IMG/VR virus record: IMGVR_UViG_3300042897_000994
Coordinates: 64,001-128,000 of that record
Direction: 5' to 3' (one strand)
Source: a virus
DNA: 64,000 bases
Positions 9,332 through 18,062 of the stretch are shown here, piece by piece. The first letter of the stretch is position 1, and each line of letters starts with the position of its first letter. The translations under genes were made by a program, and so were the position numbers. Below the pieces are notes generated by a model that had not been told where the DNA came from, ran no database searches, and saw only the letters and a program-made list of their open reading frames with translations.

Positions 9332-9339
9332 GATATATA
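9332..9339 (+). promoter_or_regulatory. Late promoter motif GATATATA
   Basis: Consensus match upstream of 9360. Confidence 0.7.
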
Positions 9340-9359
9340 ATAGGAACAAAATAAATAGT

Positions 9360-10697
9360 ATGATGAAAAAAGTTTTAACTCTTGAAGAATATGATCAAAT
9401 AATAGAAGGCTTAAAGCCTATCAACACGGAAGAATATGATCATGATTTTATCACTTCAGTCATGTACGAAAAATTTGAAGTAGTTGATAAAACGGATAGA
9501 GAAATTAATGAAACCTTTAATCTATATTTAGCAGAAGGGGCTATATCGAATTTTATCGCTCTTTCAACAAATCCTATAACAGGAATCAAACTTGCAAATA
9601 ATGCAAAAAAATTAGCTAAAGCTCACATTCAAAACGCAACAGCTAAAATAGACTTTGAGAAGAAAATACAAGCAGCTGAAAGGGCAAAAGATAAAAATCC
9701 AGAAAAAGCTGATCAAGCTAAAAAGGCTATGGAAATTGCTAAATCGGCTTATGCTACCAAGAAAGAAGTTGCAGCTGATCAAATAGAAGCAATCCAAGAC
9801 AGGATGGGCGAATTGTCTAAAGACGATCCAAAGTTATCTAAAGTTTCCGCTCTTTTGAAAACCAAAGCTAGAGTCGAAGCAAATAAAAAGCTTCTAAGGA
9901 TATTAGATACAGAAGAAAGAAAGCAATTACAACTAACTATTAAAGATCAGGAAGAAAAAGCCAAGAATGCTGAAGCGCAAATGGCTGATTATGTTAGTTC
10001 TGAAAAAGAAAAAGATAATGCAGATAAAGGTGGAGAATCTACAGATCAGAAAGTCAAAGATTTACAAGATAAAATAGACTCAGTTCAGGATAAAATAGGT
10101 AAAACTGAAGATCCTGAAGATAAAGCTAAATTGAGCGTAGATAAAGCTAAATTGAATCAAGAGAAAGCAAAAGAAAAAGGAGAAGATTTAGATAAAGCAA
10201 ATTTTAAAGTAGCAGCTGAAACTGCAAGATTAAAATATGTACAAGATAAAACTCCTCAAAACTACTTAGAATATCTAAAGACAAGTCTTAAATACGACGA
10301 ATCTGCAGAAAATCCTAATAAAGAAGCTATCGATAAAAAGAAAGAAGCGATTAAAGACTGGGAAGAGAAAGTTAAAGCAAAACCTACTGAAAAACCAAAG
10401 GGTGACAAAACTGAACAGGAAATCGCAGATCTTAATAAAAAGAAAGAAGACTTAGCAGCTAAAATCGCAGATCAAAGAGAAGGTGTTGATACTTCTAATA
10501 AGCTTTACACCGATGCTTTGAATAAAAGAGATTCTATTAAAGATACAGAAAGCCCAGAATGGGCCAAAGCTGCTGAAGAATACAGTGCAATCTCCTCAGA
10601 AAGACAAGCAGATCTAGCTAGACTAAGCGGTCTAGAAGCTCAGTTGAAAACTATTTCGCAGAAAATTTCAGATCTCCAGGCTAAGAAGAAAAAATAA
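9360..10697 (+). CDS. Lys/Glu/Ala-rich coiled-coil protein, probable internal head protein
   Basis: Late promoter; N-terminus MKKVLTLEEY..IIE resembles a capsid-targeting leader. Confidence 0.5.
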   Translation: MMKKVLTLEEYDQIIEGLKPINTEEYDHDFITSVMYEKFEVVDKTDREINETFNLYLAEGAISNFIALSTNPITGIKLANNAKKLAKAHIQNATAKIDFEKKIQAAERAKDKNPEKADQAKKAMEIAKSAYATKKEVAADQIEAIQDRMGELSKDDPKLSKVSALLKTKARVEANKKLLRILDTEERKQLQLTIKDQEEKAKNAEAQMADYVSSEKEKDNADKGGESTDQKVKDLQDKIDSVQDKIGKTEDPEDKAKLSVDKAKLNQEKAKEKGEDLDKANFKVAAETARLKYVQDKTPQNYLEYLKTSLKYDESAENPNKEAIDKKKEAIKDWEEKVKAKPTEKPKGDKTEQEIADLNKKKEDLAAKIADQREGVDTSNKLYTDALNKRDSIKDTESPEWAKAAEEYSAISSERQADLARLSGLEAQLKTISQKISDLQAKKKK

Positions 10698-11194
10698 TGA
10701 ATCGATCCAAAGAGCCTAGAATCGTATTTAGAAACTGGGGAAAAACTCCGAGAAAACATCAGGTAGTATTAAAACATCTAACCGAAGATCAAAAGAAGTT
10801 TCTACAAAACAATGAGTTCATAAAATTTCTACCAAAAGAGCATCAACTATTTTCTATTCTTTTCAAGATTAATTATATGGAAAGAATGTTAAAAAGCGAA
10901 AAGATTTTTAAGCCAAATCCGTATACTGGGGAATTTAGCAATGAAAGACAGCTTTTTAAAGATAGCAATCTAGTAGATTGGTATTGCGCAATATGTAAAG
11001 TAGATATTGTTTCTAAGATGAATGACTTCGAACCTCAGAATTTTTTATGTGAGAAATGCAAAGAGAGTCATGGAGATAGAAATACAATAGACTCTCGAAT
11101 AAAAGAAAATTCTATTCTCTTTACTCAAAACTGTAAGAAAGAATTGAAAATAGAGCAGAAGGAATTTCTTAAGTATGTTAAAAGAAATGTTTAG
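10697..11194 (+). CDS. Hypothetical protein with CxxC...CxxC zinc finger
   Basis: CAIC...CEKC; TAATG coupling to the upstream gene. Confidence 0.6.
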   Translation: MNRSKEPRIVFRNWGKTPRKHQVVLKHLTEDQKKFLQNNEFIKFLPKEHQLFSILFKINYMERMLKSEKIFKPNPYTGEFSNERQLFKDSNLVDWYCAICKVDIVSKMNDFEPQNFLCEKCKESHGDRNTIDSRIKENSILFTQNCKKELKIEQKEFLKYVKRNV

Positions 11195-12027
11195 AGAGCT
11201 AAAGCTTCAGTATAACTAATCTTTTCTATCTCTTTTATTTCGCTAAATTTAGAAGTGTTATAGATTTTAACTCTCCTGCCTTCTAGTGAATTAACTAGTG
11301 AGGAGTAATGGGGTAACCAATTCCTTTGCATCACTTCATCGCTGGCCCCCTTTTTACCGTAACCATCATGCCAGTGCGTATTACCACCAGAACCGTTTTT
11401 ACCATCAAATCCCATTAAAACAATTTTTTTAGCACCTAGATGATATGCAACATTGATTGCGGCATATCCTGAATTTCCACCAGTTCTAATTCCATTGGGT
11501 TCTAATTCTAACCCTTCTCTTCCAGTTTCTACTAAATTGATAATGTCATCAGTTTTTGGAGATGGATTTTTTGTTGCTTTAATTCCTTTGAATAGATGAA
11601 TTTCTTTTTTGAATGTATCATAAAAACTCGAATCACTCCAATAAAGAACCTGAGCAAAGGGCAGATATAAAAATGCTTTGTTTACTGCAATAACTATTTT
11701 GTCTTTTAGAATCTCAAAATCAAAATCTTTTAATGAAGGACCTCCACCGACTATATAAATAGTTTCACCTAGAAATATAGGTTCGAGATCAGAAATTTTT
11801 TCGTATCTGCTATACTTAAATCTGAGACCTTCTTCACTATAGTTTCCTCTAGTCGGCTGATGAACATAAACATTATTAACTCTCTTAGTAGCTACGACAC
11901 CAGATTTTTTGGATTCTATTTGAAGCTCTTTTTTCTCTTCAATCGTGATTTGAACTTGATCCTTCTTTCTGATTATATGTTCTCTTCTTGATGGTAGAAC
12001 ACTAATCTTTTTCTTTCTTACCGCCAT
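11191..12027 (-). CDS. DUF115 / MptE-like (Maf-type glycosyltransferase-related) protein
   Basis: 'IYIVGGGPSL', 'IAVNKA', 'GGNSGYAAINVAYHLGAKKIVLMGFD'. Start placed at ATG 12027, just after a minus-strand late promoter at 12034-12041. Confidence 0.75.
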   Translation of the reverse strand: MAVRKKKISVLPSRREHIIRKKDQVQITIEEKKELQIESKKSGVVATKRVNNVYVHQPTRGNYSEEGLRFKYSRYEKISDLEPIFLGETIYIVGGGPSLKDFDFEILKDKIVIAVNKAFLYLPFAQVLYWSDSSFYDTFKKEIHLFKGIKATKNPSPKTDDIINLVETGREGLELEPNGIRTGGNSGYAAINVAYHLGAKKIVLMGFDGKNGSGGNTHWHDGYGKKGASDEVMQRNWLPHYSSLVNSLEGRRVKIYNTSKFSEIKEIEKISYTEALAL

Positions 12028-12048
12028 ATTAATTATATATTTGTAATG

Positions 12049-12075
12049 AAACAATTGTTCATAATCTTCATATAA
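12049..12075 (+). promoter_or_regulatory. Putative middle promoter AAAC-N18-TATAA
   Basis: AAACAATTGT...CATATAA; recurs with 17-nt spacing at four other gene starts. Confidence 0.6.
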
Positions 12076-12094
12076 CGTATAACGTTAAAAAAAT

Positions 12095-13060
12095 ATGACA
12101 GTGAAAGTAGAAAACTTTTTATTTACAGAAAAGTATCGTCCAAGCACTCTTAAAGATCTTATTGCACCGGCCAGAGTTTTAGAAAAATTAAAAAACGGTG
12201 TTTATCAACACCTTCTTCTATACGGAAGCCCAGGAACTGGAAAGACGAGTAGTGCTAAAGTTTTAGTTAGGGAATTCGGGCATCCTTATTTGTACATCAA
12301 TGCAAGTACTGATACTAGTGTTGATATTGTTAGAAATAGAATTACAGACTTCTGCGCAAACAGAAGTATTATGGATGAACCCGGTAAATTAAAGGTTGTA
12401 ATTCTAGATGAGATAGATGGAGTATCTGATCAGTTTTTCAAAGCTCTAAGAGCTACAATGGATCAGTTTAGTGCAAATGCTCGATTTATCGCAACCTGTA
12501 ACTTTATTAATAAAGTTCCAGATCCTATTCAGTCTAGATTTGAAATGATTAATTTTGATTTTTCAAAAGATGAAGAGAATGAATTAGTAAAACAATACAT
12601 ACTGAGAATAAACCACATCTGTAAAGAAGAAGGCATTACGATAGATAAGCACGCAATTTTAGAATTAGTCAAGAGAAAATTTCCAGATCTTAGAAGTGTT
12701 TTAAATACTATCCAGGGATATTATAGTCAGGGATTAAAAAACATCACTTTAGAAGATATTAAAAAGTTCAATTCTATCTATAAAGATGTTTTTGAACTTG
12801 TATTTCAAAATGTAGATCCTATTAAGAACTATCAGTATTTAGCTTCTGAATATTCAAATCGAGTAGATGATGTTTTAAATTCCCTAGGAAATGATTTTAT
12901 TGACTATATTAAAACTGAACAACCTACTTATGAAAAGGCAGTTCCACAAATAATCATTACAGTGGCCAAATATCAATCGATGAGAAGCCAAGTCATAGAT
13001 CCAGTTATCACAATGTTGGCTTGTGTTTATGAATTACAAACAATAATTAAAGGGGCATAG
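12095..13060 (+). CDS. gp44: Sliding clamp loader AAA+ subunit, T4 gp44 / RFC-like
   Basis: 'EKYRP', Walker A GSPGTGKT, 'INAS', 'ILDEID', 'IQSRF', 'PDLR'. Confidence 0.95.
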   Translation: MTVKVENFLFTEKYRPSTLKDLIAPARVLEKLKNGVYQHLLLYGSPGTGKTSSAKVLVREFGHPYLYINASTDTSVDIVRNRITDFCANRSIMDEPGKLKVVILDEIDGVSDQFFKALRATMDQFSANARFIATCNFINKVPDPIQSRFEMINFDFSKDEENELVKQYILRINHICKEEGITIDKHAILELVKRKFPDLRSVLNTIQGYYSQGLKNITLEDIKKFNSIYKDVFELVFQNVDPIKNYQYLASEYSNRVDDVLNSLGNDFIDYIKTEQPTYEKAVPQIIITVAKYQSMRSQVIDPVITMLACVYELQTIIKGA

Positions 13061-13095
13061 TTTTCAAAAAGTTTTTCGTTTTCGAAAATTTTTAT

Positions 13096-13103
13096 TATAT
13101 TTG
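13096..13103 (+). promoter_or_regulatory. Possible Bacteroidota housekeeping -7 promoter element (TAnnTTTG)
   Basis: TATATTTG lies 3 nt before ATG 13107, after a T-rich spacer. Confidence 0.35.
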
Positions 13104-13106
13104 TAT

Positions 13107-14315
13107 ATGAACAAAAAACACACGTTGGTAATAGATGGAAACTACTTTCTGTTTAGAACCTTATACGTTTTACCGAGAAACAAAGGAAAGATTTTAGAGA
13201 CTAAAGCCGATGTAGGAATTTTCGTAAGAAAACTTGCAACAGATTTCGCATCTGAGATTAGAAAATTTAGAACTATGGTAGATCAAGTGGTCTTTACTAT
13301 AGATTCAAAATCATGGAGAAAAGATTTTTATCCACAAAGCGAATACAAAGGTAATCGAAGTTCTGATGAATCTATCAATTGGGAAAATTTTGTAAAAGGT
13401 GGCGAAGACTTTAAAGAATTTTTAAAATCAAAGGGGGTTATTTTACATAAAGTAAATGGAGCTGAAGGTGATGATCTAATTTTTGCATGGTCAGTAAATG
13501 CTAACTACCGAGAAAAGCCGGTAATTGTTTTTTCTGGTGATAGAGATTTACTTCAGCTTGTAAATTACAATCAATCTACCAGATCTTACACTATCTTCTA
13601 TTCAAACACGCACAAAAAACTCTGTGTATTCAAGGGTTTTTCTGATTGGTTAGAAAGAGAAGAACATCAAGTCACTGATATTTTTGATATGCAAAAATCA
13701 GTTGAAGGAGATAACATCATTCGCAATGGTTTGAAATCTTTGATTAAAGATTCTAAGTTAAATTTAGAAGAAATTCATCCTGGAGAATTCGCATTTAAAA
13801 AGGTTTTAACTGGAGATGCTGGAGATAATGTAAAGCCAGTTTACTACTATCAAGTAACTAAAGATGACAAAACTAGAAATTACGGACTTTCTGACAAGAA
13901 AGCCGAAATGATTTTTAGAGAGTTTGAAAAAAAGTACGGTACCTTTAAGATAGAATACCTGTATGATGAAGAATATCAAAGACAAATCTGCAATTTAATT
14001 GTAAAACACTTAAATGCAGACAAAATGCCTTTCGATAGAATTCTTCAAAATATCAAAGACAACACACATTTAGTTATTTTGCATCAGAGATCAATTCCAG
14101 AAGAAATTACAAATCAAATGTTTGAATTAGTTGATCAAATGCAAGATTTAAAAATTCCAAATTTTGAAGCAATATCTTCTAAAGACGAATTGCTAAAAGG
14201 TTCTTCTTATCTAACTGAAAATTACAGACCGGCCAGTTCTAACTTCTTTGAAGAAGGAGGCGAAGAAGATAGGTCCTTCATCTTGAAGAGTAAACCTTCT
14301 GACTCTTTATTCTAA
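13107..14315 (+). CDS. rnh: 5'-3' exonuclease / T4 RNase H-like flap nuclease
   Basis: 'LVIDGN', 'SWRK..YP..YKGNR', 'EGDDLI', 'SGDRDLLQL', 'GDAGDNV'. Confidence 0.9.
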   Translation: MNKKHTLVIDGNYFLFRTLYVLPRNKGKILETKADVGIFVRKLATDFASEIRKFRTMVDQVVFTIDSKSWRKDFYPQSEYKGNRSSDESINWENFVKGGEDFKEFLKSKGVILHKVNGAEGDDLIFAWSVNANYREKPVIVFSGDRDLLQLVNYNQSTRSYTIFYSNTHKKLCVFKGFSDWLEREEHQVTDIFDMQKSVEGDNIIRNGLKSLIKDSKLNLEEIHPGEFAFKKVLTGDAGDNVKPVYYYQVTKDDKTRNYGLSDKKAEMIFREFEKKYGTFKIEYLYDEEYQRQICNLIVKHLNADKMPFDRILQNIKDNTHLVILHQRSIPEEITNQMFELVDQMQDLKIPNFEAISSKDELLKGSSYLTENYRPASSNFFEEGGEEDRSFILKSKPSDSLF

Positions 14316-14328
14316 AATATATAAACAG

Positions 14329-14748
14329 ATGGAACTTTTCGATTTTATAAAGGTAATTTTTGAGCAGAACAATAAGTACGAAAGTTTAAAGAGCTACGAT
14401 AAAGTTAAGCACAACTTTATGCTGAATAGATTTATGTCTATTCAATATCCTATTCAAGCTCAAATGTTTAACAGATTGGGAATTTCTTCTCTTGGAGTTT
14501 CTGATTCTTGGAGAAAAGTAGGTCGACAATATAAAAGAACTCCAGGTTGGGTTTTTACTAAGTTGAAGAAGAATCAGAAGAATCAAAAAAATTACTCGCC
14601 TTCACCGGAAGCGCTAAATTTATTTCTTCAAATTAATCAGATAGGAGAAAGAGAATATAAAGAAGCTCTACAGTTTAATCAAGAAGGTGTTGTTGAATCT
14701 TTAAAGTCGATTGAAAAACAATTAACTTCTAATGGAGCTAAAGAATGA
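14329..14748 (+). CDS. Possible clamp loader A subunit (gp62-like)
   Basis: 'LFDFIK..F...FMLNRFMS' resembles short gp62 homologues; close to gp44. Confidence 0.45.
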   Translation: MELFDFIKVIFEQNNKYESLKSYDKVKHNFMLNRFMSIQYPIQAQMFNRLGISSLGVSDSWRKVGRQYKRTPGWVFTKLKKNQKNQKNYSPSPEALNLFLQINQIGEREYKEALQFNQEGVVESLKSIEKQLTSNGAKE

Positions 14749-15436
14749 AATTAATCATTGGGAAGTACCTGTTTGGATAGAAATAATTCTGTACAAGTCA
14801 TGTGCATATGATCTGAAGCTAGTTAATGATATTAGAACCAGAGCAGTAAAGACCAAAAACGAATCAAATGGTGAATCTCTCTTCATCTTACCTAAAGATC
14901 TTAAAGAACTAATATCTAAAAGACCTTATTCTACAAGATTAAAGAAACAGTCTAAGATGACTGAATCTGAGATAGCACAAGATGTAGATTCTGTTTATTT
15001 TATCAATAATATTCTGAATGCTCTTCAGAATTTGAGAATAGTTAAGATCTTTCTTTCTAATTCAATTTTTACAGGAAGAGTTTATAGTACTTTAGATGAT
15101 CAAGAAGTCATTATGCTAGAACATTCAGTAGAATATGGGGTTTTAGATCTTCCTAAATTCTTTACAGAAAAAGAACTCGAATCTTTTAATAAAGCGATGA
15201 TGAATTTAGGGTTTTTGAGCAACAAATATCTTCAAAGAGACCCCTATTTTAAAATTGGAACTAGTGAATTTTTACAGAAACTTGAAGATTATATAACTGA
15301 ACTTTTCTTAAAAGACGAAATAGAAGATCAAGATTCTAAAATGATTTTTCTTGATAAATTATACGCCTTAATTGATCCAAAGCTTGAAGAAGACGACACT
15401 TTGTTACTAGTCTTGACCGACTATAAGAATTTGTGA
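14732..15436 (+). CDS. Hypothetical protein
   Basis: 234-aa ORF in the operon; no recognisable motif. Confidence 0.6.
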   Translation: MELKNEINHWEVPVWIEIILYKSCAYDLKLVNDIRTRAVKTKNESNGESLFILPKDLKELISKRPYSTRLKKQSKMTESEIAQDVDSVYFINNILNALQNLRIVKIFLSNSIFTGRVYSTLDDQEVIMLEHSVEYGVLDLPKFFTEKELESFNKAMMNLGFLSNKYLQRDPYFKIGTSEFLQKLEDYITELFLKDEIEDQDSKMIFLDKLYALIDPKLEEDDTLLLVLTDYKNL

Positions 15437-15442
15437 TATATA
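15435..15442 (+). promoter_or_regulatory. Late promoter motif GATATATA
   Basis: Upstream of the neck gene. Confidence 0.75.
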
Positions 15443-15458
15443 AAAAAACACAAATGTC

Positions 15459-17405
15459 TTGGCAGTTTCAAGTAATACCGTAAACGAAGTCGGAGAATCA
15501 ATTTTAATTACTCTCATAGCTCCTTATGAAAGGGTAGTTTCAGTCTTGTCATACACAGATTCGGTTATAGGAGAGGATGCTTATAACTACTTCAAAAAAG
15601 AGTTCAGATGGTCCATTGATGATGTTACATATTCAGACTATTTGAATTTAACTGATGAGAATCTGTATTCTCTTAATTTAGATCCTAATAATCCATTTTG
15701 GATTCAGTATAGGTATACCGTTGAATCTTTAGAATCTGGTCATGAACTCACATTTGAAAGCATTTCTTTAGAAGTTTTAACAGAGCAAGGCACTCTCGTA
15801 GTTGTTCCTCAATATGAATGCTGTTCCGGTGATGAAGCTAATGTATGCAACAATCTGGTTTTAGAGTGCTGCGGGAATGAGACCTGGAATCCATATAATA
15901 TCGGAGGAGCAATTTCTACATATAAGTTTTTAAGTAAAGCAGTATCTGATATTTTTGGATTTTGTGTTCAGTATTACAAGACTGAAGCTGATCAAAGAAG
16001 CAAAGACGTTGTTCTAAAAGAATATACACTTTTTAATGTGATTGAATCCGCAGAGGTAAAAATCATGGTCCCAGACAATGAATTACCAACGAGAGAGATT
16101 GCATTTAATCCTTTGATGATGGATTATGCAATGGATGTTTTCGAGATTCATGTAGTAAAGAGTGAATTTGAACAGATATTTGGAAGAAAAAAGAAACCAG
16201 AACAGGGAGATTATCTTTATTTTCCTATTATGCAGAAACTTTATGAAGTTAACAGCGTAGCAAGACCAGATGATTTTATGTATGATTCTAGTTACTGGAG
16301 AGTAGGCTTAGTTACATATCAACAAAGAGGTAATTTTGCATTTAGTGATCAAAACATAGAAGATGAGGTGGAAGCCCTTATTTCTAATCTGGATGACTTT
16401 GAACCAGAAGTTATTAAAGAAGAAAAGATCATAACTAAACCACAAGAATATAAGACTGTAGGAACCGAAGGAAATGATTATGTAAGAAGAATTCTTCTGA
16501 AAAAATTAATCATCAAAGAAGAGAAGATTTACAATAACTGGACTGTAGTAGGAAAATATTATTATAGACTTTCTTCGCTCGCATCAGCTGAAAGAGGAAT
16601 AGTCTATAGATACAATTCCGGAATTTCCGAAGCAGATAGTAGAAGTTTCACGTACTGGTTCAAACCTGGATTTACCAAACCTATCTATTCAAACGTAAGT
16701 ATCACTTCGATATCTAATAACGGCGGATTAGCAGAAATAATCGTTTCCGCTACTGGATATGCAGTAGGAGACTATGTAGTTATTGAAGGCACATCCGATT
16801 ATAATGGTTTAGCAGAGATAGTTGAAGTTTCATCTTCATCGTACACTATTGATAAAGATTATGTAAGCTCTACCATTACACCAACTGCTAGACTGCATAA
16901 AGAAGAAAAATGTAATTTTCTTAATTATGAGTTAAATTCTTCAGTTTTATTCGGGGTAAGCTATACGCAGAATTATTATGTGATAGAGATAAACAGTATG
17001 AAATATGTCTTTAATTTGACGACTAATTCAGCTTCTCTTTCAAATAATCAATGGTATGCAGTAGTAATAAATTTCTCGAATGTTTTCCAACAGCTTTCGT
17101 TATTCTTATGGAAATCACAAACCCTTTTAGGTTCTAGCGATCCTACTCGAAACGTAGAGCTCGAAAACATTTATACGTCTACATATCAGACTTCATCAAA
17201 AGTTACTCTAGCTTCTAACGGGGAGTGGGGAGTTTATGGTTGCAATATGCAATTTACCAATTTTAGAATATTTACTCAGCCTATTGAAGTAGAAGAACAA
17301 TCTCTTGTACTTTCTCAATATGTTGTTAAGAATACAGATCTTGCGGAGCTAGTAGACAATGCTACTCCTCAACTCAGATTAAGCAGAGTTTCTAACCCTA
17401 GATAA
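15459..17405 (+). CDS. Neck protein gp14-like core with N-terminal beta domain and C-terminal LamG-like domain
   Basis: 'KDVVLKEY...FEIHVVKSEFE...PEQGDYLYFP...LYEVNSV' is gp14-like; 'SFTYWFKP...NQWYAVV...TNFRIFTQPI' is LamG-like; TTG start. Confidence 0.7.
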   Translation: MAVSSNTVNEVGESILITLIAPYERVVSVLSYTDSVIGEDAYNYFKKEFRWSIDDVTYSDYLNLTDENLYSLNLDPNNPFWIQYRYTVESLESGHELTFESISLEVLTEQGTLVVVPQYECCSGDEANVCNNLVLECCGNETWNPYNIGGAISTYKFLSKAVSDIFGFCVQYYKTEADQRSKDVVLKEYTLFNVIESAEVKIMVPDNELPTREIAFNPLMMDYAMDVFEIHVVKSEFEQIFGRKKKPEQGDYLYFPIMQKLYEVNSVARPDDFMYDSSYWRVGLVTYQQRGNFAFSDQNIEDEVEALISNLDDFEPEVIKEEKIITKPQEYKTVGTEGNDYVRRILLKKLIIKEEKIYNNWTVVGKYYYRLSSLASAERGIVYRYNSGISEADSRSFTYWFKPGFTKPIYSNVSITSISNNGGLAEIIVSATGYAVGDYVVIEGTSDYNGLAEIVEVSSSSYTIDKDYVSSTITPTARLHKEEKCNFLNYELNSSVLFGVSYTQNYYVIEINSMKYVFNLTTNSASLSNNQWYAVVINFSNVFQQLSLFLWKSQTLLGSSDPTRNVELENIYTSTYQTSSKVTLASNGEWGVYGCNMQFTNFRIFTQPIEVEEQSLVLSQYVVKNTDLAELVDNATPQLRLSRVSNPR

Positions 17406-17413
17406 ATAATTAT

Positions 17414-18061
17414 ATGTCAAAAAGAAAAGAAGAACTTAGATCCCAAATCGATCATCTAATTCACGACGATCTACCACTCGAAGTTCCTGGTTACGATGAA
17501 GAAAATATCGATGATGTAGCCAAGAGAACTACCGATTATGTAGATTATACTGAAACAAAGGCAAGGACTCTTACCAAAGCAAAAAAGCTCATGGACGGTC
17601 TTTTAAAATTGTATCTTTCAGAAGAAATTATTGAAGATCATGAATACATCAAAGCCAAACTTGAACTTGATAAAATGGCTTTAAGCTCTTTGATCTTTCA
17701 AATGGAGGCTGCCGAAAGAGCAATTGTTACAATGCTTCGAAACATAGACGATGGCGAAATGCACCCTCGTATGTTTGAAGTTTTAGGTGGAATGCAGAAG
17801 ACTCTTCTAGATATTATCAAAAGCCAAACTATGTACATGATGGCAGCTGAAGAAAATATTAAAAAGATAGGAAGAGATATTGATGTTTATCATTCAAGTC
17901 CCCAGAAAGCAATAGGTCCTAAAAATACAAACTCTGATGGGGGAATGTCAGTAAGAGGAACAAAGGATTTAATGAAGAGTATACAACAAAAACCGGAAGA
18001 AGAGCTTGATTTTCAACCACCTGAAATAGAAGACGTAACTCCAGAAGAAGACGAAGATTAA
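17414..18061 (+). CDS. gp16: Terminase small subunit, gp16-like
   Basis: 'HPRMFEVLGGM' and 'GTKDLMK' match gp16 motifs; directly before the large subunit; GATAAATA at 17401. Confidence 0.75.
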   Translation: MSKRKEELRSQIDHLIHDDLPLEVPGYDEENIDDVAKRTTDYVDYTETKARTLTKAKKLMDGLLKLYLSEEIIEDHEYIKAKLELDKMALSSLIFQMEAAERAIVTMLRNIDDGEMHPRMFEVLGGMQKTLLDIIKSQTMYMMAAEENIKKIGRDIDVYHSSPQKAIGPKNTNSDGGMSVRGTKDLMKSIQQKPEEELDFQPPEIEDVTPEEDED

Positions 18062-18062
18062 T

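Noticed and set aside
10680-10699. Possible frameshift at AAG AAA AAA TAA TG fusing 9360 and 10697
   Set aside because: Only six A's, and the downstream gene has its own ATG in an ordinary TAATG overlap.
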